Below, piece by piece: positions 29,015 through 38,829 of a stretch of DNA of 64,000 bases. The notes under the pieces are model-generated. The model was not told the origin of the DNA. It saw only the letters and a program-made list of their open reading frames with translations, and made no database searches. The DNA comes from Phycisphaerae bacterium (lineage in GTDB: Bacteria; Planctomycetota; Phycisphaerae; UBA1845; Fen-1342). Location of the stretch: contig JASFQK010000032.1 of the NCBI GenBank assembly GCA_050115495.1, positions 17,769-81,768 of the forward strand, in the 5' to 3' direction. The translations under genes and the position numbers were made by a program. Position 1 is the stretch's first letter, and each line of letters opens with the position of its first letter.

Positions 29015-29165
29015 CCGCCCGCCGCGAGGTGCCCGTCCCCCTTTTTCGCGCAAACGCCCTCCGCTCACGCTGCCTGTGGCGATCCCCCAAAAATCGTGCT
29101 AAATTGCCCCTCGCGACGAACGAGCCGCGCCTGTACCACGACCACAACCAACCGTACCGGAACCC

Positions 29166-30524
29166 ATGGGGCAGACCGCCTTCATCCTGATCGTCACCGA
29201 TAAGCGAGCCGAGGCGGCCAGTCTGCGCGACGTTCTGCGCGAACAGCACGGCCACTCGTGCAACGCCGTCGCCACCCTGCCCGAGGCCCTGGCCTCGATC
29301 CGGCAGCGGGCCCCGGACACCGTCGTCGCCGGCGCCGAGGTGGCCGGCCAGCCCACGACGGCGGCTCTCATCGACCTGCTGGACGGTCTCGCCCCGGACG
29401 CCGGTCTCGTCTCCATCGGCCACGTCGGCCCCCTGCCGCCTGCTCGGCACATCGATGTCGAGGCGGTGCCGGCCGACCTGTCGGCGGCGGACCTCGTGCA
29501 GCGCGTCGTCCGCGCCGCCGACCGGGCCGTGGCCCGCCGCGAGGACCGCCTCCTCAAGCAGACGCTCGACGAGCACGCCTACGAAGCCTTCGAGGGCATC
29601 ATCGGCACCACGCCACAGATGACCCGCATCATCGAGCGCATCAAGAAAGCCGCCCGCAACAAGCTCACCGTGCTCATCCTCGGTGAGACCGGCACCGGTA
29701 AGGACCTCATTGCCGAGGCCATTCATCGCCAATCCGACCGGGCTCGCAAGCCGATGAAGTCGGTCAACTGCGCCGGCCTCAACGAAAACCTGCTCGAAAG
29801 CGAGCTGTTCGGCCACGTGAAGGGGGCCTTCACCGGCGCGGTCAGCGATCGCAAAGGCTACTTCGTCGCGGCCGACGGCGGCACGCTGTTCCTCGACGAG
29901 ATCGGGGACATGCCGCTGCCGATGCAGGCCAAGTTGCTCCGCGTGCTCGAACGCCGGGAGGTGACGCCCGTCGGCTCGACCGAGGTCTTGCGCGTGGACG
30001 TCCGCGTCATCGCCGCCACCAACGCCGACCTCTTCCAGCGCGTCGAGGACAGGGAGTTCCGCGAGGACCTGTACTACCGCCTGAAGCAGTGGGTCATCGA
30101 CGTTCCGCCGCTGCGAGAGCGCCGACAAGACATCCCGATCCTGGCGATGCACTTCCTCCGGCGGGCGAACGAGGCCCACGGGCTGTCGGTCCCGGGCATC
30201 TCGCACGAGGCCATGGGCCTGCTGGCCAAGCACTTCTGGCCGGGCAACGTCCGAGAAATCGCCAACCTGGTCGAATCCCTCGCCGTCGAGGCCGAAAACC
30301 GCCGAATCGAGGCCGACGACCTCCCCGAAGCCATCCGCGGGTCGCGTGACCTGGTCCCCGTCGGCGGAACGGGCATGGTCGGCCTGACGATGGCCCAGGT
30401 CGAGCGGCTGATGATCGAGAAGACGCTGCTGGCCACGGGCGGGAACCGAGAGCAGGCCGCGAAGATGCTGGATATCGGGACGCGAACGCTCTACCGCAAG
30501 ATCAAGGAATACGGCCTGCAATGA
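29166..30524 (+). CDS. Sigma-54 enhancer-binding protein (NtrC family) with degenerate receiver domain
   Basis: GETGTGKD, ESELFGHVKGAFTGA, LFLDEIGD, WPGNVRE, Fis-type HTH. Confidence 0.93.
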   Translation: MGQTAFILIVTDKRAEAASLRDVLREQHGHSCNAVATLPEALASIRQRAPDTVVAGAEVAGQPTTAALIDLLDGLAPDAGLVSIGHVGPLPPARHIDVEAVPADLSAADLVQRVVRAADRAVARREDRLLKQTLDEHAYEAFEGIIGTTPQMTRIIERIKKAARNKLTVLILGETGTGKDLIAEAIHRQSDRARKPMKSVNCAGLNENLLESELFGHVKGAFTGAVSDRKGYFVAADGGTLFLDEIGDMPLPMQAKLLRVLERREVTPVGSTEVLRVDVRVIAATNADLFQRVEDREFREDLYYRLKQWVIDVPPLRERRQDIPILAMHFLRRANEAHGLSVPGISHEAMGLLAKHFWPGNVREIANLVESLAVEAENRRIEADDLPEAIRGSRDLVPVGGTGMVGLTMAQVERLMIEKTLLATGGNREQAAKMLDIGTRTLYRKIKEYGLQ

Positions 30525-30676
30525 CCGTGGCCGCCCTCGGCCTATAATATCGTTACCACAACGCAGCAACGGCTGTCTTCGCGAGGCAGAGCCGGTTACG
30601 TCCTCTCTCCCCTTTCCGCCGCCGCCGGCAATCACCGGCCCGGACCAGCGTTAGGCCCTGAGGAGCGCCGAGTATC

Positions 30677-31252
30677 GTGAAGGGCGGCGACCTGGATGCA
30701 ATCGTTCGACGGGCCTGTCGCCGCGACCCGGAAGCTCTGAGCGCTCTGGTGGAGATGTACAATGCGCGGGTGTTCGGCTTGTTGTATCGACTGGTTGGCT
30801 CCCGCGATGTCGCCGAAGAGCTGTTGCAGGAGACGTTCCTCCGCGTCGTCCGGACGATTGACCGGTATGAGCACAAGGGCAGATTCGAGTCGTGGCTGTT
30901 CCGGATCGCGGCGAATCTGGCTCGTGACCGCGCACGGTCCGGTCAACGCCGGGGAACGATGGCTTCGCTCGCCGGAGACGACCTGGACGAGGGCGACGTG
31001 GCGGATGTCGGAAGCGGTTCCGGCAGTATCGACCCGCACGAGCGGGCAGTGGCCCGCGAGGATCAGATGCACCTGAGCGAGCGACTGGAGCTGCTTTCCG
31101 CGCCCGAGCGCGAGATTCTCATGCTCCGGCACTACGCTGACATGACGTTTCCGGAAATCGCCGACCTGCTCGGCGTTCCGCTTGGAACAGCGCTAGCCCG
31201 GGCACACCGGGCCCTGAAGCGGTTACGACGCGGGTTTGATGTTGAGGAATAG
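30677..31252 (+). CDS. ECF sigma-70 factor
   Basis: AEELLQETFL, FESWLFRIAAN, region 4 EIADLLGVPLGT. Confidence 0.92.
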   Translation: MKGGDLDAIVRRACRRDPEALSALVEMYNARVFGLLYRLVGSRDVAEELLQETFLRVVRTIDRYEHKGRFESWLFRIAANLARDRARSGQRRGTMASLAGDDLDEGDVADVGSGSGSIDPHERAVAREDQMHLSERLELLSAPEREILMLRHYADMTFPEIADLLGVPLGTALARAHRALKRLRRGFDVEE

Positions 31253-31261
31253 GGTAAGGCC

Positions 31262-31693
31262 ATGACGCGGCCGTTGAGTGAGCTCGAGCGCCTCGTGGAA
31301 CGGGAGATGGACGTGCTGGCCGAACTGCCGGCGGCGCCGCCCTCTCCTGACGCCCTGCGCCGAACGCACGCTCTCGTCCGCGATGAGGCGTTGCGGTTGG
31401 GGGCGCCCGCCCGACGCCGACCTGAAGTGGTGCGCTGGCTGGGGACAGCGGCGTCGGTTCTGCTGGCGATCGGCCTCGGCGGAGTGCTGTCGCGGTCACC
31501 GACACCTTCGACGCCGCTCCCCGATGAAGATCTGCTGGACGTCTGGGCCGAGGCGGTCTCAGACACGAGCGACCGGCTGGCCTTCCTCACGGACGACGGC
31601 TGGATGCTCGAAGCGGCGGGCGACGCGAACGGCGACAGCGACACGTACATTGAGCTGCTGGACGCCTCGTTCGATCAGCTCGGCTCTCTCTAA
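31262..31693 (+). CDS. Putative single-TM anti-sigma factor
   Basis: Immediately after the ECF gene; RW..AASVLLAIG TM segment. Confidence 0.6.
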   Translation: MTRPLSELERLVEREMDVLAELPAAPPSPDALRRTHALVRDEALRLGAPARRRPEVVRWLGTAASVLLAIGLGGVLSRSPTPSTPLPDEDLLDVWAEAVSDTSDRLAFLTDDGWMLEAAGDANGDSDTYIELLDASFDQLGSL

Positions 31694-31706
31694 GGGCGAG
31701 ATACGG

Positions 31707-32669
31707 ATGATCGGTAACCACACGCAGAAGCTCGCCATGCTCCCCTGGCTCCTCGCCGTGCTGCTCCTGTGCCTGCCCGGCACACCCACGGCACGCGCCC
31801 AGGAACCGACCAGCCAGCCGGAGACCGAGCGCAGCGACCCGGGCCGTCGGCCTCGCCATCGCGACAGCGAGCGCGGCCGGCCCCGCGATCAGCATGAGCG
31901 CCCCGAGGGCGACGAACACCGCGGCCCACCGCCCGATGGCAAGCACGGTCCGCGCTGGCCGTACATGCTGCTTGAGCCGGCTCCCGAAGACCGCGGCCCG
32001 CTCCAACCCGGCGAGGCCGAGGAGCTGCGGGCGTTCGTCGCCAAGGAGATGCCCCGGCTCAACCGTTTGCTCGACCGCATCGAGGAGAAGAGCCCCAAGG
32101 CCCTCAGTCACGGTTCGGCCCGACTCATCGCCCGCCTGCGGCAACTGCGGCGGATTCACGCCGAGGATCCCGAACTCGCCGAGCTCATCGCCCGGCACGC
32201 GGGGAATCTGTTCAGCCTCGAGATGCTCCGGCGGGGCGTCCAACGATTGCCCGAAGACCAGCAGGAACCGCTGCTGAACCAGATGCGGACCTACCTGGCC
32301 GACAACATCGACATCGAGGCCCAGGTCCTGGAGCGCTGGGCGAACAAGTTCGAGACCAACCGTGACGCGTTCGTGCAGCGGCGTGTCGCCGACCTGACCG
32401 GCCCCGACGCCGACCTCAGCGCCGAGCCGGCCCGCATCCGCGAAGCCGTCGAGAAAGTGCTCGCCGAAACCGACGCGACGCAGCAAGTGGCGCTCAAGGC
32501 CGCGCTAACGGACCTGCTCACCAAGCAAGCCGACAAGCGGATCGCCACCATGCGTGAGCAGGTGCGGCGTCTGCGCGACGAGGCTGCCGACGAGGTGGAT
32601 CGCCGACTCGAGCACATGAGCCGCAAGCGTGAGCGCGGCCCGCGCCGCGAACGTCCACCGCGGCCGTGA
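31707..32669 (+). CDS. Secreted helical protein (Spy/CpxP-like context)
   Basis: Signal peptide (ARA-Q), Arg/Pro/Gly-rich linker, coiled coils; third gene of the ECF unit. Confidence 0.55.
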   Translation: MIGNHTQKLAMLPWLLAVLLLCLPGTPTARAQEPTSQPETERSDPGRRPRHRDSERGRPRDQHERPEGDEHRGPPPDGKHGPRWPYMLLEPAPEDRGPLQPGEAEELRAFVAKEMPRLNRLLDRIEEKSPKALSHGSARLIARLRQLRRIHAEDPELAELIARHAGNLFSLEMLRRGVQRLPEDQQEPLLNQMRTYLADNIDIEAQVLERWANKFETNRDAFVQRRVADLTGPDADLSAEPARIREAVEKVLAETDATQQVALKAALTDLLTKQADKRIATMREQVRRLRDEAADEVDRRLEHMSRKRERGPRRERPPRP

Positions 32670-32708
32670 TCCCGGTGCTATCCCTGGATTTTTCCCCCGG
32701 TCGCCCGG

Positions 32709-35255
32709 CTATTCCATCGGGAACTCGGCGGCTTCGTCGGCTTCTTCGCGGTCGCGTTGTGACCGGGCGGCCTGCCACTCCTCTTTGGTGACGATGACCT
32801 CGCGGGCCTGGCTGCCCTTGTACTCGCCGACGATACCGGCTTCGTACATCTGGTCGATCAGGCGGGAGGCGCGGCCGTAGCCGATCGTGAGCCGCCGCTG
32901 GAGCAGGCTGACCGAGCCGCGACCGGTCTCGATGACCGCGTCGACCGCCTGGTCGAAGAGCTCGTCGCGCTCGCCCGTCGTCGCCGCCCCGGCACCCGGC
33001 ATGCGCACCAGGTCCGGATGGAAATCCGGGGTGCGTTGCTCGCGGCAGTGCTTCACGACGCTGCGCATCTCCTCATCGCTGATGAAGGTCCCCTGGGCCC
33101 GCAGCAGCTTCGACGTGCCCGGGGCGAGGAAGAGCATGTCCCCCTGCCCCATCAGCGTCTCGCCGCCGTTCTGATCGAGCACGATGCGTGAATCGAGCCG
33201 CGAGGAGACGCGGAAGGCGATGCGGCAGGGCAGGTTCGACTTGATGAGGCCGGTGACGACGTTGGCCTGCGGGCGCTGGGTCGAGACGATCAGGTGAATG
33301 CCGACCGCCCGGCTCTTCTGGGCGATCCGGCACAGGTTGAACTCGACCTCCTTGGCCGAGGTCATCATCAGGTCGGCCAGCTCGTCGATGATGATCACGA
33401 TGTAGGGCAAGTGCAGCGGGATGCGGGCGAGCTCCTCGTCGCTGGCGATGCTCATCCGCTCCTTCAGCCCGTCGCGGCCGAGCCGGTTGTAGGCGCGAAT
33501 CTCCCGCACGCCGGCTTCGGCCAGCAGGGCGTAGCGCTCGTCCATCAGCCCCGTCGCCCATTCGAGGATGCCCTCGGCCTTGGCCGCCTCGGTAACGATC
33601 GGGCACATCAGGTGCGGGATGTCCTTGAACCCGGCCAGCTCGACCATCTTCGGGTCGACCAGGATCATGTTCACTTCGGAAGGCGACCGCGTGAGCAGCA
33701 TCGACAGAATGATGCTGTTGACGCAGATGCTCTTGCCCGAGCCAGTCGTGCCGGCGATGAGCAGGTGCGGCATGCGGGTCAGGTCGCTGATGAGCGGCTG
33801 GCCGGAGGCGTCCTTGCCGAGGTACAACGGCAAGGCGAGATTGTCGGTCCGCCGGCCGCTCAGCTCCATGATGTCCCGCAGGCGGACCTTCTCCTTGTCG
33901 GTGTTGGGCACCTCGATGCCGATGGTGTTCTTGCCCGGGAGCGGGGCGACGACGCGCACCGCCGGTGCCTTCAGCGCCCGGGCGATGTCGTTGGAGAGCG
34001 AGGCGATCTGACTGACCTTGACGCCGGGGGACAGCTTCAGCTCGAAGACGGTGATCACGGGGCCGGTCTCGATGGCGACCACCTGGACGCCCACGCGGAA
34101 CTCGTTCAGCGTCTGTTCGAGGATGTACGCCTTCTCGCGACAGAGGACCTCGATCGCCGACTTGTCCATCGGGACGGGCGGTTCCAGCAGCTCCAGGGCC
34201 GGCAACTCGTAGTCGTCGTCCTCCGGGAGCGGTGCCGGTCGTCGCGTGCGCCGTCCGCCCGCAGCCCCCGCGCCCTTGCCGGCGGGCGCCTGGACCTCGG
34301 CGTGCGCCACGACCGGAGCAGCAGCGAAGCCGCTCTCGTCCACATCGCGGGCCGGGGCTTCGTCCGCCAGCCGCTTCTTCGCGGCGTCGAACGTAAGTTG
34401 CCGTGGTGGCTCGACTTCGACGGGCTCCTCCTCTTCGGCCTCATCCTCTTCCGCTTCGACCTCTTCGTCGACTTCTTCCTCTTCCTCCGGTTCTTCCTCT
34501 TCTTCCTCTTCGAGCTCCTCAGGCTTTGCGACGGTCTTCTTCTTCCTCCTGGGGGCTGCGATCTCCTCCTCGGCGGGCTCCTGCCGTCCGTTGCCGGTCA
34601 GGCCGCGCGACAGCACGGTAACACCGGTGGCCACACCCGAGGCGACGGCCGCACCGGTCTTGGCCACGGCTTCACCGCCGCGGGCTAGGACCGGGATCGA
34701 CCGCCGGGATGTCCAGCCGAGCCAGCGGACCAGCCGCACCAACAGCTCGTCCGCCGCCAGCAGCAACCCGACAATCAGGGCGCAGCTCAGCACGATATGC
34801 GTGCCGGCGATGCGGAGCTGGGCCCGGCAGAACGGGCCGACGGCCGCCCCCAAGACCCCGCCCGGACCCGTCATCAGGTACTTGTCCGAGGGCGACACGA
34901 GCAGCGCCCCCCACGTGCACACGGCGGCGGTCACCAGGACCACGCCCAGGGCCCGCAACGCCGGATCACGTACCGGTACCTGTCGCGGCCAGGCCACCGC
35001 CATGAGGGTCAGCAGCCCCAGCAGGGCGTACGTGCCGATGCCCAGGTAATAGAAGAGGTAATAAGCGATCCAGGCCCCGGTGGAGCCGCAGAGGTTGCTC
35101 ACACCCCCATCGGGGTTGAGCTGCCAGACGCTGCTCGCGGGCGGATCCCCCGTACTAAAACTGAGCACGCAGACCCACAGGAACAAGGCCGCGAGCCCGC
35201 GAATCGTCGTGAGGCAGAATCGAAGCGCCACGCGGCGCTCAACGCTCTGGGCCAT
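32709..35255 (-). CDS. ftsK: DNA translocase FtsK/SpoIIIE
   Basis: N-terminal TM domain, acidic linker, PHLLIAGTTGSGKS, DPKMVEL, IIDELADLMM, AQKSRAVGIH, gamma domain SLLQRRLTIGYGRA. Confidence 0.96.
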   Translation of the reverse strand: MAQSVERRVALRFCLTTIRGLAALFLWVCVLSFSTGDPPASSVWQLNPDGGVSNLCGSTGAWIAYYLFYYLGIGTYALLGLLTLMAVAWPRQVPVRDPALRALGVVLVTAAVCTWGALLVSPSDKYLMTGPGGVLGAAVGPFCRAQLRIAGTHIVLSCALIVGLLLAADELLVRLVRWLGWTSRRSIPVLARGGEAVAKTGAAVASGVATGVTVLSRGLTGNGRQEPAEEEIAAPRRKKKTVAKPEELEEEEEEEPEEEEEVDEEVEAEEDEAEEEEPVEVEPPRQLTFDAAKKRLADEAPARDVDESGFAAAPVVAHAEVQAPAGKGAGAAGGRRTRRPAPLPEDDDYELPALELLEPPVPMDKSAIEVLCREKAYILEQTLNEFRVGVQVVAIETGPVITVFELKLSPGVKVSQIASLSNDIARALKAPAVRVVAPLPGKNTIGIEVPNTDKEKVRLRDIMELSGRRTDNLALPLYLGKDASGQPLISDLTRMPHLLIAGTTGSGKSICVNSIILSMLLTRSPSEVNMILVDPKMVELAGFKDIPHLMCPIVTEAAKAEGILEWATGLMDERYALLAEAGVREIRAYNRLGRDGLKERMSIASDEELARIPLHLPYIVIIIDELADLMMTSAKEVEFNLCRIAQKSRAVGIHLIVSTQRPQANVVTGLIKSNLPCRIAFRVSSRLDSRIVLDQNGGETLMGQGDMLFLAPGTSKLLRAQGTFISDEEMRSVVKHCREQRTPDFHPDLVRMPGAGAATTGERDELFDQAVDAVIETGRGSVSLLQRRLTIGYGRASRLIDQMYEAGIVGEYKGSQAREVIVTKEEWQAARSQRDREEADEAAEFPME

Positions 35256-35431
35256 GGAGAACCATCCTTGATTCTTCCCGTGCCCGTCCTCCTGCTCGGG
35301 CCTCTTTCCAGAGCGAGTATAACAGATGTCGCGTAATGGCGTCGAGTTGGATAATGTACGCGTCTGCGGTGCCGCACGGCGCGACGGCGCGGCGGCGGCG
35401 CCCGGGGTACTCGTCGGCAGGCCCAAGTCCC

Positions 35432-36268
35432 ATGCGCACAAGCAACGCTGCCATCCGATCGCTGGGCGCCATCGGGGCCCAGGCTACGGCCCTGCTGGCC
35501 GGCTTCGGGCACTTCTGGACGTTCGGGGCGAGCGCCGCAGCTTACGCTCCACTGGACATGTGCACGCTGCGCGGCTGGCGGCGATTCCTGCCGCAGTGCT
35601 TCTACATCGGCACGCGCTCGGTACCGGTCATCATGCTGACCGGCGCGTTCGTGGGCATGGTGCTGATCGTGCAGGGCTGGGACCAGTTCGACGCCGCCGG
35701 CCTGACCGACCGCCTGGGGGCGATCGTGAACATCTCGGTGGCGGCGGAGCTCGGCCCGGTGCTGGCCGGGGTGATGCTGGCGGGCCGCGTCGGCGGGGCA
35801 CTGACCGCCGAACTCGGCACGATGAACGTCACCGAGCAGCTACTGGCCCTGCGATCAATGGGGGCGGATCCGATTCGCTTCCTGGTCACGCCGCGGTTCC
35901 TGGCCTGTCTGCTGCTGGCGCCGCTGCTGACGGCCTACGCTGACCTGATGGGCGCCCTGGGGGCGTGGCTCATCTTCTCCGGCGTGAAGGGTGGCGCCTC
36001 GGCGCCGTTCTGGAGCTACTCGGCCGAGATCGTCGAGATGTGGGACCTGTGCACCGGGATGATCAAGGCGATCTTCTTCGGCGGGGCGATCGGCCTGGTC
36101 AGTTGCTACCGGGGATTTCATTGCCGGCCGGGAGCCCAGGGCGTCGGCCAGGCCTGCACCGAGGCTTTCGTCATCAGCTTCATGTCGATCCTGGTGCTGG
36201 ACCTGTTTATCAACTTCGTCATGAACGGGCTGTACACCGCGTGGTACGGCTTCCGGTCGCTGATCTAG
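35432..36268 (+). CDS. mlaE: MlaE-family ABC permease
   Basis: ELGPVLAGVMLAGRVGGALTAELGTMNVTEQ, DPIRFLVTPR. Confidence 0.92.
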   Translation: MRTSNAAIRSLGAIGAQATALLAGFGHFWTFGASAAAYAPLDMCTLRGWRRFLPQCFYIGTRSVPVIMLTGAFVGMVLIVQGWDQFDAAGLTDRLGAIVNISVAAELGPVLAGVMLAGRVGGALTAELGTMNVTEQLLALRSMGADPIRFLVTPRFLACLLLAPLLTAYADLMGALGAWLIFSGVKGGASAPFWSYSAEIVEMWDLCTGMIKAIFFGGAIGLVSCYRGFHCRPGAQGVGQACTEAFVISFMSILVLDLFINFVMNGLYTAWYGFRSLI

Positions 36269-36280
36269 CCGGAGACGAGC

Positions 36281-37069
36281 GTGGTTGAAGTCGCCGACCC
36301 GATCATCGAGCTTCGCCGACTGAGCAAGTCGTTCGGCGCGCAGCGCGTGCTGGACGACGTGGACCTGCGCATCGAGCGCGGACAGACGACGGTGATCATC
36401 GGCCGCTCGGGTACGGGCAAAAGCGTGCTGCTCAAGCACATCGTGGGGTTGCTGCGGCCGGATCGGGGTGAGGTTTACTTCGCCGGCCAGCGGGTGGACC
36501 AGCTCGGCGAGCGGCAGTTCGTGCCCATTCGCCGGCAGATCAGCTTCGTCTTTCAGCTCAACGCCCTGTTCGATTCGATGAGCGTCGCCGAGAACGTCGC
36601 CTTTCCGATGATGGAGAACAGCGCGGCGCCGCTTCGGCGGCGGGAGATCATGGCGCTGGCCTCGCGGCGGCTGGAGATGGTCGGACTGGCCGGGTTCGAG
36701 GACAAGCGGCCGGCGGACCTGTCGGGCGGCGAGAAGAAGCGCGTGGCCGTGGCGCGGGCCATCGCCATGGAGCCGCCGCCGAAGGTCATCCTGTACGACG
36801 AGCCCACCGCCGGGCTCGACCCGCAGCGCAGCGACGTGATCAACCGATTGATCCGGCAGTTGCAGCAGGACGTGGGCGTGACCGGGATCGTGGTGACGCA
36901 CGACATGCGGCTGGCGACGGACGTGGGTCACCGCATTCTGATGTTGTGGAACGGCCGCTTCATCGCCGACGGCACGCCGGCGCAGCTCCAGCAAACGCGG
37001 AACGAGCACGTGCGGCGGTTCATCGAGGGTCAGGCGGAGCCTGAGGATATTCACACCCTGACATCCTGA
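36281..37069 (+). CDS. mlaF: MlaF-family ABC ATPase
   Basis: GRSGTGKS, FQLNALFDSM, LSGGEKKRV, LYDEPTAGLDP; follows mlaE. Confidence 0.9.
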   Translation: MVEVADPIIELRRLSKSFGAQRVLDDVDLRIERGQTTVIIGRSGTGKSVLLKHIVGLLRPDRGEVYFAGQRVDQLGERQFVPIRRQISFVFQLNALFDSMSVAENVAFPMMENSAAPLRRREIMALASRRLEMVGLAGFEDKRPADLSGGEKKRVAVARAIAMEPPPKVILYDEPTAGLDPQRSDVINRLIRQLQQDVGVTGIVVTHDMRLATDVGHRILMLWNGRFIADGTPAQLQQTRNEHVRRFIEGQAEPEDIHTLTS

Positions 37070-37241
37070 ACTCACTCACGGATCACACCATTCACAGTCG
37101 CCCGGGAGCCCGCCGGGCGAGATTTGCTTCGGACACCGGCTATCGGCAAGACTTGCCTGTCTGATAAAAACAGGTCGACAAACAGCCAAACGCAGATCTT
37201 CTCGCGCGGGCCGAAAAATCTTCGCGACTTGCCGAATTCAA

Positions 37242-37270
37242 GCAAGTTTTATGGGCAATCCGACCGATAG
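37242..37270 (+). promoter_or_regulatory. Possible sigma-28 (FliA) promoter of flgM
   Basis: GCAAGTTT..ACCGATAG resembles TAAAGTTT-N11-GCCGATAA, but the spacer is 1-2 nt too long. Confidence 0.35.
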
Positions 37271-37289
37271 AGCCTTTAGAGCGAGTGGG

Positions 37290-37370
37290 GCCGGTGCAGA
37301 CTGACAGCCGACGGAGCGGTCAGCAGTCCACCGGCAACTGACGATCCCGACATTCAGGGAGGAACGTCGG
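37290..37370 (+). promoter_or_regulatory. Two leader hairpins with ANGGA hexaloops (putative CsrA sites)
   Basis: GCCG-ACGGAG-CGGT inside a longer GCCGGTG/CACCGGC stem; CCGAC.TTC-AGGGAG-GAA.GTCGG. Confidence 0.5.
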
Positions 37371-37429
37371 CCGACACGGGCTGTGTTTTATGCGCGCCGT
37401 GGCGCGCGACTGGAAGGCTGTAGTCTGCC

Positions 37430-37708
37430 ATGTTGGAAATTGCCCCCCATACAAACCGCACCGTAAACCCGGCTCTGTCGGGTGTTGTGCCCAACCAGAA
37501 CCCCAAGGCGCAGGCGCCCGCCGCATCGCCCGAACAGAGCGATCGCGTCGAGCTGTCCGAGGCGGCCCGCACGTATGAGGCCGACAGCGCCGCGGATGTC
37601 CGTATCCGCGACCTGCGGGCTCAGATCGCCGCCGACGAGTACATCACGGACGACATGCTGGACGTTGTCGTCGACCGCCTGCACGAGGAGCTGTTCGGCA
37701 AGGCCTAA
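37430..37708 (+). CDS. flgM: Anti-sigma-28 factor FlgM
   Basis: 92 aa; DRVELSEAA and RIRDLRAQIAADEY..LD.VVDRL match the FlgM C-terminal pattern. Confidence 0.72.
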   Translation: MLEIAPHTNRTVNPALSGVVPNQNPKAQAPAASPEQSDRVELSEAARTYEADSAADVRIRDLRAQIAADEYITDDMLDVVVDRLHEELFGKA

Positions 37709-37720
37709 GCCGGCCGCCGT

Positions 37721-38113
37721 TCAGCGTGGTTCGCGACGACGGCGCCGCTGCGCCGCCTCGTATTGGGCCACGATCGTCGAGCGCATCCCCCCGCGCGGAT
37801 TCCAGTCCGTCTGCACGAGCAGCCGGCGCGGCCGCAGCGCGGCGACCAGATCGTCGAGGATCCGGTTCGTCAGCGCCTCGTAGAACGCGCCTTCGTCGCG
37901 GTACGCCTGGAAGTACAGCTTCAGGCTCTTGAGCTCGACGCAGAGCTTGTCGGGCGTGTACTCGATGGTCACCGTGCCGAAGTCGGGTTGCCCGGTCAGG
38001 GGACAGCGGCTGGTGAACTCCGGCGCCACGTGTCGGATCACGTAGTCACGCCCGGGGCTGGGGTTATCGAACGTCGCCAGCACTGTCTTGTTCGCTTTGG
38101 CCACGGCGGGCAC
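37721..38113 (-). CDS. queF: PreQ0 (7-cyano-7-deazaguanine) reductase
   Basis: PEFTSRCPLTGQPDFG, VELKSLKLY, PRGG; CAGGAG before GTG. Confidence 0.95.
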   Translation of the reverse strand: MPAVAKANKTVLATFDNPSPGRDYVIRHVAPEFTSRCPLTGQPDFGTVTIEYTPDKLCVELKSLKLYFQAYRDEGAFYEALTNRILDDLVAALRPRRLLVQTDWNPRGGMRSTIVAQYEAAQRRRRREPR

Positions 38114-38374
38114 CTCCTGCGCCGCACGGTCCTCGCGGCCGCCACGCCGACGGCCGGCAGGATTCCGGCTGCCCGTAGTGTAGTGCGCCGGCGGGAGGCG
38201 GAAAGGAGCACACCTCGCCCCGCAGGCGAACTCCGCGCAACGTCCGCGCGAAGAATAGCCCCGCGTCCGCGAATTCCCTCTTGGGCAGCCATCGCGCGCG
38301 CTGGGCTGTAAGCCTTCGTAAGACGCGTCGTTTTTCTAATTCCGTTACTCGCTGGAGCGATTACACTTAAGGTG

Positions 38375-38785
38375 ATGGAAGGTACCGGCGGCGGCATTCT
38401 GGGACGCCTCGGCGAGAAGGTGCTCGGCTGGATCGCCCTGGCGCTGATCGTCGCCCTCGGTTTCGGGCTCTACAAGATCGGCGCCCCAGGTCGGCAAGCA
38501 CTCTGGGGGGCCATCTGGCGTACCAGTCTATGGGTGGCCGTGGTCGGCGCCCTGCCCTGGACGATCCGCCTGTTCATTCGGCGGATCCTGGAGCTGAGCT
38601 CGAACTGGGCCGGCGTGGCCGTAATTGGCTCCTACGTCGTGCTCGACGCCCTGCTGGGCGTCATCCTGCTGAACGGGTTTCCCGCCGGCGGGTGGGGCTG
38701 GTTGCTGACATTGGCCGCCCTGGCCCTCGCCGGCACGTATAATTTTCTGGTGGCGGAGTACCTGTCCGAGCAAACCGGCCTCTGA
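38375..38785 (+). CDS. 4-TM membrane protein, first gene of ESCRT-like cluster
   Basis: Four hydrophobic segments; TACACT -10-like hexamer 7 nt before ATG. Confidence 0.7.
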   Translation: MEGTGGGILGRLGEKVLGWIALALIVALGFGLYKIGAPGRQALWGAIWRTSLWVAVVGALPWTIRLFIRRILELSSNWAGVAVIGSYVVLDALLGVILLNGFPAGGWGWLLTLAALALAGTYNFLVAEYLSEQTGL

Positions 38786-38829
38786 GCGGCGTCGTGCCGC
38801 CAGAGCCGGGGATGGATGGACGGCGAGAC

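Noticed and set aside
34420..34520. Glu-codon-rich low-complexity tract in ftsK
   Set aside because: Ordinary acidic disordered FtsK linker, not a separate element
38110..38370. preQ1 riboswitch upstream of queF
   Set aside because: No recognisable preQ1 stem-loop with an A-rich tail
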